Origin: Macrostomum lignano
Taxonomy: Eukaryota
Direction of reading: 5' to 3'
NCBI GenBank assembly: GCA_002269645.1
Contig: NIVC01000063.1
Coordinates: 89,649 to 153,648 of the forward strand
DNA: 64,000 nt
A program made the translations under genes and the position numbers. Numbering within the stretch: position 1 is the first letter of the stretch; each line of letters opens with the position of its first letter. Shown piece by piece: positions 1 through 11,115 of this stretch. The notes beneath the pieces were generated by a model that was not told the DNA's origin, made no database searches, and worked only from the letters and a program-made list of their open reading frames with translations.

Positions 1-274
1 TCACACCCTGACCAGCCTGACCCACTCACACCCTGACCAGCTTGACCCACTCACACCCTGACCAGCTTGACTCACTCAGCCCCTGACCAGCTTGACCCAC
101 TCACACCCTGACCAGCTTGACCCACTCACACCCTGACCAGCTTGACCCACTCAGCCCCTGACCAGCCTGACCCACTCAGCCCCTGACCAGCTTGACCCAC
201 TCAGCCCCTGACCAGCTTGACCCACTCAGCCCCTGACCAGTCTGACCCACTCAGCCCCTGACCAGCTTGACCCA
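1..274. repeat. 25-bp minisatellite (ctcagcccctgaccagcttgaccca), runs off the left edge
   Basis: About 11 tandem near-identical units. The last unit (250-274) overlaps the final codons and stop of the lectin ORF. Confidence 0.95.
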
Positions 275-1000
275 GTCCGGGCTGCTCTTGATTTCCGGGT
301 CTACCGGAGCGTCGGCGAACTGCAGCAGGCGGCAGGCGGCCAGCCGGCTGTTGTACAGAGCGCTGCGGCACCTGCTGCCGCCCAGGGAGGCTCTGATCAG
401 ACAGGCTTTCAGCGAGTCCACCGGCTGCAGCTCCTTGTGGCAGTAGTACGTGTCGTTCCGGGTTCTCTTGAACTCAATTGGAGTCCAGTAGCCGGCCGAC
501 TTGTTGGCGGCAGGCGGCTTCACGAACTGGCAGACGAAGCCGAGCAAATGGCTGCAGGCTCTGTCGCCGAGGCCCCGATTCGTTGCAAAACGAATGCAGT
601 TCTGCTGATAGCCGTCGCTTGGCTCACCACAGCACCAGAGCGAGTCATTTCTAGGAAACTCGCCGCCGCCGTTGACTCTCTGCCAGCCTGTCCTGTTCTT
701 TCCAACTTCGTAGCCCAGATCGGTGAGTCCAGTCCACATGTCAACCGTGATGTTGTCAACCAGATTCGAGGCAAGCAGCGCAACGATGGACTCCGGCGAG
801 CTGATAAGTTCTCCGCCCAGCTCATCGCACCTTCGGTTGGCGGAGCACCAGCTGTAGCTCTCGCTGGACTCGATGAGCAGGCACAGCTGGGTGGCTGAGT
901 GCAGCTGGAACGGAGCTGGGCAGTTCTGGTCAGACATCACCGGGCCGATTGTCAGCAAGAAAACTGCGGACCAGATCGCAGACAGCACAGTCAGATGCAT
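251..1000 (-). CDS. Secreted C-type lectin domain protein with a C-terminal PAN/apple-like domain (249 aa, intronless)
   Basis: ATG at 1000 begins a hydrophobic signal-like segment (MHLTVLSAIWSAVFLLTIGPVMS). CTLD hallmarks: CP..F, SWCSANRRC..LGGEL, WTGLTD, W..GEPS....QNC, GDRAC...GFVCQ. A Cys-spaced PAN-like tail follows (C..VDSLKACL....CRSALYNSRLAACRL). Confidence 0.85.
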   Translation of the reverse strand: MHLTVLSAIWSAVFLLTIGPVMSDQNCPAPFQLHSATQLCLLIESSESYSWCSANRRCDELGGELISSPESIVALLASNLVDNITVDMWTGLTDLGYEVGKNRTGWQRVNGGGEFPRNDSLWCCGEPSDGYQQNCIRFATNRGLGDRACSHLLGFVCQFVKPPAANKSAGYWTPIEFKRTRNDTYYCHKELQPVDSLKACLIRASLGGSRCRSALYNSRLAACRLLQFADAPVDPEIKSSPDWVKLVRG

Positions 1001-2162
1001 GGATATGCTTGGGATAGGATGCAGCACTTTTTTAGCGGAGTCGGAAATCTTCTGAGAGCGCCTAAGGTCCTCTCTCTGTGGAGCGCAGGCTCTCAATTAA
1101 AAATTGTTTGAGAAATTCTTTCCGGAGAAGAGGAACATAGCTTTCGTTGCTATTGGTAACAGGTAAACAGAGCTTTCAGGGGAATGCAGTTTCTGAATAG
1201 AGCGGCAAACTTTATTCCATAGCGGGCTCTATGCGAGGATGAAGCAGGCACATAGCGACAGAGGTTGGTGGGGGCTAGGAGAAGTTAGCACAGGACCCAG
1301 CTATAGTCGCGGTTTTCCTCAACTGCCTTGGCCTTTCCAATTAAGGCGTCCCTCTGCCAGGCTGCTTGCATCATGCAGTACTTGTAGCTCCAAACCAGCT
1401 CTCAATTTCTAACTTCCTTAACGTATTCATATGTGGTTAGCCTTTTTTATCAGGCACTTTCAGTTTAAGCGACATTGTCACACAACCGGCGATAGGCATT
1501 GCTGCCCATTCCGCCGACTCCCCTGAGCAGGCACACAAGCAGATGAGTACGCAGTCATACGCACAGGAGTGTACAGCAGCCCTGACTTTATTTATCGTTA
1601 GGCATGTACACTTCACTGTTTTCCCGTGGCTTTAAAAGCTTTTATAAAATGGTAAACATAAAAGCTGAGACATGGATAATTGCACTAGCTGAGAAGGAGA
1701 TTATTTCACTATCTAAGAAAATGATTTTAATAAAGTATTCAAAAAAAGGTTGCGTCATTTCAAACGTGTCGAATGTCAAGGCTTACGGGGGGAATTGCTG
1801 AGATGTCAAGGCAAAAAGGATTCACAAAAATAATTTTTGTTTCTTGTTTATTTGGTCACAATATTGTTAGTTGGCACAAAAAAACAAATCTTCGATACAT
1901 ATCGGCAGTCTACCAGCATACAATTCTTGATAAAAACAAATATTCGATGCATATCGACAGAAAGCAGTGAATTGAGAATTTATAAAAGCTTATTGAACTT
2001 TTTTAATACATATCGGTAGATAGATAATCGCTAAATCAAAAGAACGCTCAAATGACAGTCTACAAAAAAGTCCAAATTTCTAAAAAACAACCACATTCTA
2101 ATTTTATTACTGTTAGTACAAAAATGCATTTTTTATCACATTTTTCTCAAAACACCCGTCAG

Positions 2163-5100
2163 AAACTACTGGCGAGCTCGTTCTCCGAGAAGCACCTGAC
2201 AGTTGAAATTCGAAGGCGCTACGGAGCCGTGGGAATTAATTCTCATTTGCTTCGCCAGCGGGGCGAGTTGAAACCAATCGAGGACCAAACCGAGTTTCGA
2301 ACGTTGCAGCTGCCCTATGATGATAAATGCGATTTTCCGGAGGTCGATGTGGCTCAATACGATTTGGAGTCTGACCTGGGCGCCCTGCCCTACCTGCTGG
2401 TGCAGCTGCGCTATGAGCCCCCCGACTCAGATCCGGGTTTGTTGGGCACTCTGGGGATTGAGCACTCTGGGGATTGAGCGCTCTGGGAATTGAGCACTCT
2501 GGGGATTGAGTGCTCTGGGAATTGAGCACTCTGGGGATTGAGCACTCTGGGGATTGAGCGCTCTGGAAATTGAGCACTCTGGGGATTGAGCACTCTGGGG
2601 ATTGAGCACTCTGGGAATTGAGCGCTCTGGGAATTGAGCACTCTGGGGATCGAGCACTCTACAAGGGTTGAGCACTCTGGGGATTGAGCACTCTGGGGAT
2701 TGAGCGCTCTGGGAATTGAGCACTCTGGGGATTGAGTGCTCTGGGAATTGAGCACTCTGGGAATTGAGCACTCTAGGGATTGAGAACTCTAAACGGGTTG
2801 AGCACTCTGGGGATTGAGCACTCTGTGGATTGAGCACTCTAAGGATTGAGAACTCTGAGGATTGAGCACTCCTGCAATTGAGCATTATGTATCAACTCAC
2901 TTATGCCCATCATCCGCAGTAATTCTCGGCTGGGCCAGAGTGACCCCCTACGAGCGCCTTAGCAACGGTCAGTTCGACGCTGTCAAGCGATTCCGCATCA
3001 CGTGCCCGATTTATCCCGGACACCTGCCGGACGATCCGCTCGGCTGGCAGCCCGGGGAGCTGCCGGACTTTGACGGTGGGATATAATGGAAGAAGGGGAA
3101 AGGAAAGATAAGGGGAACATGATGGAGAATAAAGGGATGGGAAGAAAGGATCGGATTGAGGAAATGTGATCAGGAAGGGAAATGCGATCAGGATGGGGAA
3201 TGGGATCAGGATGGGAAATGGGATCAGGATGGGAAATGAGATCAGGATGGGGAATGGGATCAGGATGGAAAATGGGATCAGGATGGAAATGGGATCAGGA
3301 TGGGAAATAGGATCAGGATGGGAAATGGGATCAGGATGGGGAATGGGATCAGGATGGGAAATGGGATCAGGATGGGGAATGGGATCAGGATGGAAAATGG
3401 GATCAGGATGGGAAATGGGATCAGGATGGGAAATGGGATCAGGATGGGAAATGGGATCAGGATGGGAAATGGGATCAGGATGGGAAATGGGATCAGGATG
3501 GGAAATGGGATCAGGATGGGAAATGGGATCAGGATGGGGAATGGGATCAGGAAGGGAAATGGGATCAGGATGGGGAATGGGATCAGGATGGGAAATGAGA
3601 TTAGGATGGGAAATAGGATCAGGATGGGAAATGGGATCAGGATGGGGAATGGGATCAGGATGGGAAATGGGATCAGGATGGGAAAAGGGATCAGAATGGG
3701 AAATGGGATCAGGATAAGAAATGAGACATGAGGAAGGTAGGAATAGGTGTGAATATGATCAGGTAGACAGGAGAGAAAGATAATCGTAGGTAGAGACAAA
3801 AGGTGAGAGGTAGACAAGAATGGAAAGATTCAGTCAGGCATTTTCTCACCGTGTTGTAGAAGACGACCCAGAAGAGCGGCAGCAGGCAGCGGATTACAGG
3901 GACGGCTTAGTGAATGGTGAGCGACCACTGCTGCATTGCTGTTTGTCGAAACGTGAATGGTGGGATCTCTAATTAGGGATTCATACCTTGAATGATGGGA
4001 TCTCTAATTAGGGATTCATACCTTGAATGGTGGGATCTCTAATTAGGGATTCATACCTTGAATGATGGGATCTCTAATTAAGGATTCATACCTTGAATGA
4101 TGGGATCTCTAATTGGGGATTCATACCTTGAATGATGGGATCTCTAATTAGGGATTCATACCTTGAATGATGGGATCTCTAATTAGGGATTCATACCTTG
4201 AATGATGGGATCTCTAATTAGGGATTCATACCTTGAATGATGGGATCTCTAATTAGGGATTCATACCTTGAATGATGGGATCTCTAATTAGGGATTCATA
4301 CCTTGAATGATGGGATCTCTAATTAGGGATTCACCTAAATGACAATAAATGATAAATGAATGATGACAAACCGGCTATAAAAAATCATTCCCAGCCTACC
4401 TGGGCGACTTCTCCGAGATCAGCTTGCACGGCTACCCCATCGGCGAGTCCCCCAGCCCGCTGGTGATTCTGCCGCCGCCTCAAAAAGAGCCCGCCAAGGA
4501 GAAGACTCCCAGCCCGCTGCCACCGCCTCCGGAGACCCCGCCGCCTGCGGAGGAGCCCGAGTGAGCCATAACTGACCCCCACTGATTCCCCCATTGACCC
4601 CCTCATTGCCTCCCTCGTTGACTCCCCCATTGACTCTCCCATTGACTCTCTCATTGACTCCCCCATTGACTCCCCTATTGACTCCCCTATTGACTCCCCC
4701 ATTGACTCCCTCAATGCCTCCCCCATTGACTCCCCCATTGACCCCCCCATTGACTCTGTCGTTGACTCCGTCATTGACTCCCCCCACCCCAGACTGACTC
4801 CTAGATAGCTCCCTCATCAATCCCCCATCAATCACTCAATAATTCCTCCTTAATCCCCATAGGTTACTCCTTAATCCCTCACCAATCCCTCATTAAAATC
4901 TCTCCTCTCCGCCCTCCCAGGCCGGTCCGACAGCCAAAGAACATACCCAGGCGGCATTGGACGATTCACGACCCCGCCATCGAGAAGACCTACCCGCAAG
5001 CCACTGCCACGAATCAGCCTTTCGACGTGTACATCGACCAGATTCGGTACATGTTCGATGGAATCACTATTGTGAAGGTGAGGAACTGCGTTAATTGATC

Positions 5101-8100
5101 TAATTCATTTGATTGACCTTAATTGACCTCCTAGCATCGACAATGTCAACAACGCTTGACCTCAGTTGACCTCAGTATCTAAATAGATTGACTGACCTCA
5201 GTTGACCTCAGTATCTAAATAGATATATATCTAAATAGATATATATATCTAAATAGATTGATATATATAATATATATCTAAATAGATTGACTGACCTCAG
5301 TTGACCTCAGTATCTAAATAGATTGATTGACCTCATTTGACCTCAGTATCTAAATAGATTGATTGACCTCAGTTGACCCCAAGTATCAATACATCTAAAT
5401 AGACTTTTTACCTCAGTTGATTCCAGTTTATAAATGTTTTGGCTGACCTTATTTGACCTCCTCGACCTCGACTTCGCAGCTCACCGGCAGATTTTTAAAC
5501 ACGGGCCACGACACGGAGATCCCAGACATCCTGCTGGTCCCAAATCCCAAGCTATCGCCAAGAAATTTAAATTTCTTTGCTGGCCAGCGGGTTCAGATTA
5601 CCGCATCCGACGCGATGAACCTCGGCAAGGACAGCGCGCTGGTGATCAGGGTGTACACTTTGATCAAGCCAGATCTGGAAATGGTGGTGGTTGGAACCTG
5701 CGTGCTGCCGATATTCGACAATAAGGTGCGTGCAATTGGGCTGTCTGGTAGATTCTGGTGGATTTTAGTGCAGTCTGGTAGGTTCTGGTAGATTTTAGTG
5801 CAGTCTGGTAGCTTCTGGTAGATTTAAGTGCAGTGTGGTAGGTTCTGGTAGATTTGAGTGCAGTCTGGTAGGTTCTGGTAGATTTGAGTGCAGTCTGGTA
5901 GCTTCTGGTAGATTTAAGTGCAGTCTGGTAGGCTCTGGTAGATTTGAGTGCAGTCTGGTAGGTTCTGGTAGATTTGAGTGCAGTCTGGTAGGTTCTGGTA
6001 GATTTGAGTGCAGTCTGGTAGGTTCTGGTGGATTTGAGTGCAGTCTGGTAGGTTTTGGTAGATTTGAGTGCAGTCTGGTAGGTTCTGTTAGGTTTGAGTG
6101 CCGTCTGGTAGGTTCTGGTAGATTTGAGTGCAGTCTGGTAGGTTTTGATAAATTTGAGTTCAGTATCGTAGATTCTGTCTGGTAGATTTGAGTGCAGTCT
6201 GGTAGGTTTTATGAGTGTCTTGTAAGTTTTATCAGCGTCTGGTAGGTTTAATCAGTGACTGGTAGGTTTATCAGTGTCTGGCTCGGGATTGAACCAGTGG
6301 GGGCAAACGAACGGTTTTATTGATCAACCCACAGGGTCGCCTACTCACCGGCGGTCATCAGCTCCGGCTTCGAGAGCACGCCTCCATGGTGGCAGCGGGC
6401 CAGCAGCGGGCCTCTCTCGCCACCAGCTTGGACTCCATCAAGCAGGCCAAGTCTCTGCCCTGCGTGACCGGCTTGTTCCGCCTGCTCCCGCAAAGTGCTC
6501 GGCCAATCGACGCTCCGGACTACACCAGCGGCTACTATCGCTCTGAGGAGTGCCGGCCAACGGACGCTGAGCTGCGAGTATTTCGCGAGCACGACAGATA
6601 CGAGAGCTACCCGGAGACGTTCGCCCCGTTGGTTAACTATGTGCAGAGCCAGGACACTGTGAAAGTGGCCGCCAATGACTATAACCAGGTGTGTTGCAAC
6701 TCTGTTGATAAATCTTGTCACTCTGTTGATTATCCCTGTCACTCTAATGTTGATAAATCTTGTCACTCTAATGTTGATAAATCTTGTCACTCTAATGTTG
6801 ATAAATCTTGTCACTCTAATGTTGATAAATCTTGTCACTCTAATGTTGATAAATCTTGTCACTCTAATGTTGATAAATCTTGTCACTTTAATGTTGATTA
6901 ATCTTGTCACTCTAATGTTGATAAATATTGTCACTCTACTGTTGATAAATCTTGTCACTCTACTGTTGATAAATCTTGTCACTCTAATGTTAATAAATCT
7001 TGTCACTCTAATGTTGATAAATCTTGTCACTCTAATGTTGATAAATCTTGTCACTCTAATGTTGATAAATCTTGTCACTCTAATGTTGATAAATCTTGTC
7101 ACTCTTTTGATGATTGATCTTGTCACTCTTTTGATGATAAATCTTGTCACTTTAATGTTGATTAATCTTGTCACTTTAATGTTGATTAATCTTGTCACTC
7201 TAATGTTGATAAATCTTGTCACTCTACTGTTGATAAATCTTGTCACTCTAATGTTAATAAATCTTGTCACTCTAATGTTGATAAATCTTGTCACTCTAAT
7301 GTTGATAAATCTTGTCACTCTAATGTTGATAAATCTTGTCACTCTAATGTTGATAAATCTTGTCACTCTAATGTTGATAAATCTTTGTCACTCTACTGTT
7401 GATCAATCTTGTCTCTCTAATAAATATTCTTGATGTTACTCCAACAAAAGGTGATGGCCTACGTTCCGACTCGAATGGACCCGGCAAGGTGCCTGCCGCC
7501 CAACACGGCCCCGAGAGCGATGCCGCAGGAGCTGCACTTTCACTATCGGGACTTGTCCGGCGCCTTCGTCCGGCTTGAGGCCGCCTACGGATTGCCGAAG
7601 CCGAATTCGGCAGCTTCGGCTGATCTCATTTTTGGCGTTCTCATGACCATCGTCGGGGCCAAGAAGCTGGAATCCTTGCCTAGCAAAGCTCTGGGCATCG
7701 GCTTTGATACCATGGCCGTGTTTGTGCAGTCTGGTAGGGGCTGGGGTGACCTACTAACCCTACACTGTCTAGTAGGGCTGGGGTGACCTACTAACCCTAC
7801 ACTGTCTAGTAGGGCTGGGGTGACCTACTAACCCTACACTGTCTAGTAGGGCTGGGGTGACCTACTAACCCTACACTGTCTAGTAGGGCTGGGGTGACCT
7901 ACTAACCCTACACTGTCTAGTAGGGCTGGGGTGACCTACTAACCCTACACTGTCTAGTAGGGCTGGGGTGACCTACTAACCCTACACTGTCTAGTAGGGC
8001 TGGGGTGACCTACTAACCCTACACTGTCTAGTAGGGCTGGGGTGACCTACTAACCCTACACTGTCTAGTAGGGCTGGGGTGACCTACTAACCCTACACTG

Positions 8101-11100
8101 TCTAGTAGGGCTGGGGTGACCTACTAACCCTACACTGTCTAGTAGGGCTGGGGTGACCTACTAACCCTACACTGTCTAGTAGGGCTGGGGTGACCTACTA
8201 ACCCTACACTGTCTAGTAGGGCTGGGGTGACCTACTAACCCTACACTGTCTAGTAGGGCTGGGGTGACCTACTAACCCTACACTGTCTAGTAGGGCTGGG
8301 GTGACTTACTAACCCTACACTGTCTAGTAGGGCTGGGGTGACCTACTAACCCTACACTGTCTAGTAGGGCTGGGGTGACCTACTAACCCTACACTGTCTA
8401 GTAGGGCTGGGGTGACTGTCTGGTAGACACTGTCTAGTAGGGCTGGGGTGACTCTCTGGTGGACACTGTCTAGTAGGGCTGGGGCGACTGTCTAGTGGAC
8501 ACTGTCTAGTAGGGCTGGGGTGACCTACTAACCCTACACTGTCTAGTAGGGCTGGGGTGACTGTCTGGTAGACACTGTCTAGTAGGGCTGGGGTGACTGT
8601 CTAGTAGACACTGTCTAGTAGGGCTGGGGTGACTGTTTGGTAGACACTGTCTAGTAGGGCTGGGGTGACTGTCTAGTAGACACTGTCTAGTAGGGCTGGG
8701 GTGGCTGTCTGGTAGACACTGTCAAGTAGGGCTGGGGCGACTGTCTGGCAGTGTCTCGTAAGGGACTGCTCAGGGCCAGAAGACTCAGGTAGCCAACCCC
8801 ACCTCCGCCCCACCCCAGGCGCCGGCAGGTTCACCCGCCGGGCGGAGCAGCTGAACCCGCGGTCGGACCCAGCCAACACCCTGCTTGTGCAGTTCTTCCG
8901 CCTGCCCGGAGTTGCCCATCGCGACGGCAAGCTCTTCGAGGGCGAGCAGGAAGTGACGGAGCTGAAGAAAGATCATTTTGTTGCCTGGGCCGTGTGCCCG
9001 CTGTTGAACCAGTGAGCAACTTGATATAACTGACTATTTTTGAGTATAAACAAGTGATTATTCAGTAATTTGTTCACCCACTGACTCAGGGAGTACACCT
9101 ACAATGGCCGTCACCGGGTGCCCGTGTTCAGCCAGTCCGACTTGCCGCTGACCACCAACAGAGTGCGCACCATCCGCTCTCGGGGCCTGACTGGCGCGCT
9201 CAAGGTTGACGGCGCGCTGGCCACCCATGTGGTACGCTTGGGGCGATTCTGGGGGGCGATTCTGGGGGGCGATTCTTGGGGGGATTCTTGGGGGGATTCT
9301 TGGGGGGATTCTTGGGGGATTCTTGAGGGGGATTCTTGGGGGGATTCTTGGGGATTCTTGGGGGGGTTCTTGGGGGGTTCTTGGGGGATTCTTGGGGGGA
9401 TTCTTGGGGGGATTCTTGGGGGGGATTCTTGGGGGGATTCTTGGGGGGATTCTTCGGGGGGATTCTTAGGGGATTCTTGGAAGGGATTCTTGGAAGGGAT
9501 TCTTGGGGGATTCTTGGGGGTTCTTGGGAGGGATTCTTGGGGGGTTCTTGGGGGGTTCTTGGGGGGGGTTCTTGGGGGATTCTTGGGGGATTCTTGGGGG
9601 GATTCTTTGGGGGGTTCTTGGGGGTTTCTTAGGGGGGTTCTTGGGGGGGGTTCTTGGGGGATTCTTGGGGGGATTCTTGGGGGGGATTCTTGGGGGGATT
9701 CTTGGGGGGATTCTTAGGGGGGATTCTTAGGGGATTCTTGGAAGGGATTCTTGGAAGGGATTCTTGGGGGGATTCTTGGGGGGTTCTTGGGAGGGGGGTC
9801 GAAGCTTGGGAAGGGGCGATTCTTGGGAAGGGGCGCTTCTTGGGAAGGGGCGCTTCTTGGGAAGGGGCGCTTCTTGGGAAGGGGCGCTTCTTGGGAAGGG
9901 GCGATTCTTGGGGGCGATTTTCATGGGTAGCAATTTTGGGAGCAATTCTTGGAGGCGATTGTTGAGGGGGTGATTTCTCGGGGCGATTTTTCGGTGGGCG
10001 ATTACCGGAGGTAATTTTTCGTTGGGACGATTTTCGACGGGCTGAGCGTAGCGGATTTTTGGCGGAATGATTCCGAAAGATCGGCACTCAGAAAGGATGT
10101 TGGCTCCCGGAAGTTCCCAACTAAAATTTATCATTCTTCTGACACAAATATTTGACTGCTTTGTGACAACAGGCAACCAGCAGCGCTCTGCTATCGGTGG
10201 TCGACGGTCACCTGAGCTACAAGGAGGCTCCAGAAAACGCAAAGGTATGCGCAGAGCTTATGGCCGTCCTTATTGAATTAGTAGTGTAATTAAAACGATT
10301 CGAATCCCCGCCCACAAACAGATTCACACCTCTGTGTACGAGCACCTGCCCAAGACCACAGCGGCTGACTATCAACCTGCGATCGACTCTGCTCAGCTTG
10401 AGCAGTCCAGTTTCGGTCAGAATTGTCAGGAAGCCATCGAAAATGCGATTGTGAGATTCCTGCTGAATATCCTACTGAGCACTCTACCTCTCCCTGCCTC
10501 CCACTCTGCACCCTACCTCTCCCTGTCTCCCTCTCTGCACCCTACCTCTCCCTGTCTCCCTCTCTGCACTCTACCTCTCACTGCCTCCCTCTCTGACCCC
10601 TACCTCTCCCTGTCTCCCTCTCTGCACTCTACCTCTCACTGCCTCCCTCTCTGCATCCTAACTCTCACTGCCTCCCTCTCTGCACTCTACCTCTCACTGC
10701 CTCCCTATCTGCATCCTAACTCTCACTGCCTCCCTCTCTGCACTCTACCTCTCACTGCCTCCCTCTCTGCATCCTAACTCTCACTGCCTCCCTCTCTGCA
10801 CTCTACCTCTCACTGCCTCCCTCTCTGCACTCTACCTCTCACTGCCTCCCTCTCTGCATCCTAACTCTCACTGCCTCCCTCTCTGCATCCTAACTCTCAC
10901 TGCCTCCCTCTCTGCATCCTACCTCTCCCTGTCTCCCTGCCTCCTTTTCTGCACCCTACCTCTCACTGCCTCCCTCTCTGCACCCTACTTCACCGTCTCC
11001 CTGATTAAATAAGGATAAATTCCCGAACGCTGAGTCCATAATTAACAAATCGTAAACATATTTTCAGAGCGGCACAAAGCGCAATCAGTACCAGCCTCTG

Positions 11101-11115
11101 TTTGTGCCTGCTTAA
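2163..11115 (+). CDS. Uncharacterised multi-exon protein with several C2-like beta-sandwich segments (>=758 aa; 5' end unresolved)
   Basis: Phase-consistent GT-AG exons: 2163-2436, 2920-3075, 3860-3916, 4395-4560, 4921-5077, 5480-5725, 6335-6688, 7451-7733, 8819-9011, 9090-9231, 10173-10244, 10322-10450, 11068-11115 (TAA). C2-like motifs: YLLVQLRY..VILGWARV, PFDVYIDQIRY, LVIRVYTL..VVGTCVLPIFD, LLVQFFR..VAWAVCPLL. The exon 8/9 junction is uncertain. The first listed exon starts at an acceptor with no ATG. Confidence 0.75.
2445..2870. repeat. 16-bp intronic minisatellite (ctggggattgagcact)
   Basis: Tandem units filling intron 1 of the C2-like gene. Confidence 0.95.
3168..3712. repeat. 18-bp intronic minisatellite (ggatgggaaatgggatca)
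   Basis: About 30 units in intron 2; source of the spurious MGNGIR/WEMGSG ORFs. Confidence 0.95.
3953..4333. repeat. 35-bp intronic minisatellite (tgaatgatgggatctctaattagggattcatacct)
   Basis: About 11 nearly identical units in intron 3. Confidence 0.95.
4575..4800. repeat. 12-bp intronic repeat (ttgactccccca)
   Basis: Degenerate tandem units in intron 4. Confidence 0.9.
5110..5460. repeat. Degenerate ~36-bp intronic repeat (tgacctcagttgacctcagtatctaaatagattgac)
   Basis: Several units in intron 5, interrupted by (AT)n. Confidence 0.85.
5742..6210. repeat. 30-bp intronic minisatellite (gcagtctggtaggttctggtagatttgagt)
   Basis: About 15 units in intron 6. Confidence 0.95.
6700..7405. repeat. 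24-bp intronic minisatellite (tgttgataaatcttgtcactctaa)
   Basis: About 29 units in intron 7. Confidence 0.95.
7734..8745. repeat. 37-bp intronic minisatellite (gtagggctggggtgacctactaaccctacactgtcta), decaying to a 35-bp variant at the 3' end
   Basis: About 18 near-identical units followed by variant units in intron 8. Confidence 0.95.
9238..9960. repeat. G-rich low-complexity repeat (ggggattcttgg)
   Basis: Variable G-runs separated by attctt/ttctt in intron 10. Confidence 0.9.
10480..11000. repeat. 29-bp pyrimidine-rich intronic minisatellite (cctctcactgcctccctctctgcactcta)
   Basis: Tandem units in intron 12. Confidence 0.9.

Noticed and set aside
1141-2123. Upstream exons or start codon of the C2-like gene
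   Set aside because: Several weak candidates (ATG at 2124, exon-like stretches near 1190 and 1540), but none could be supported over the others.
4441-4460. Apparent frameshift in exon 4 of the C2-like gene
   Set aside because: Recounting the C-run (five C) gives a continuous frame, GESPSPLVIL.
7734-8745. CRISPR-like array (37-bp, hairpin-forming repeats)
   Set aside because: Units are contiguous with no unique spacers, there are no cas genes, and the context is a eukaryotic intron. The same applies to all other arrays.
2236-10242. Repetitive ORFs (PECSIPR, MGNGIR, FINIRVTR, GGFLGG, etc.)
   Set aside because: All coincide with intronic tandem arrays of the C2-like gene.
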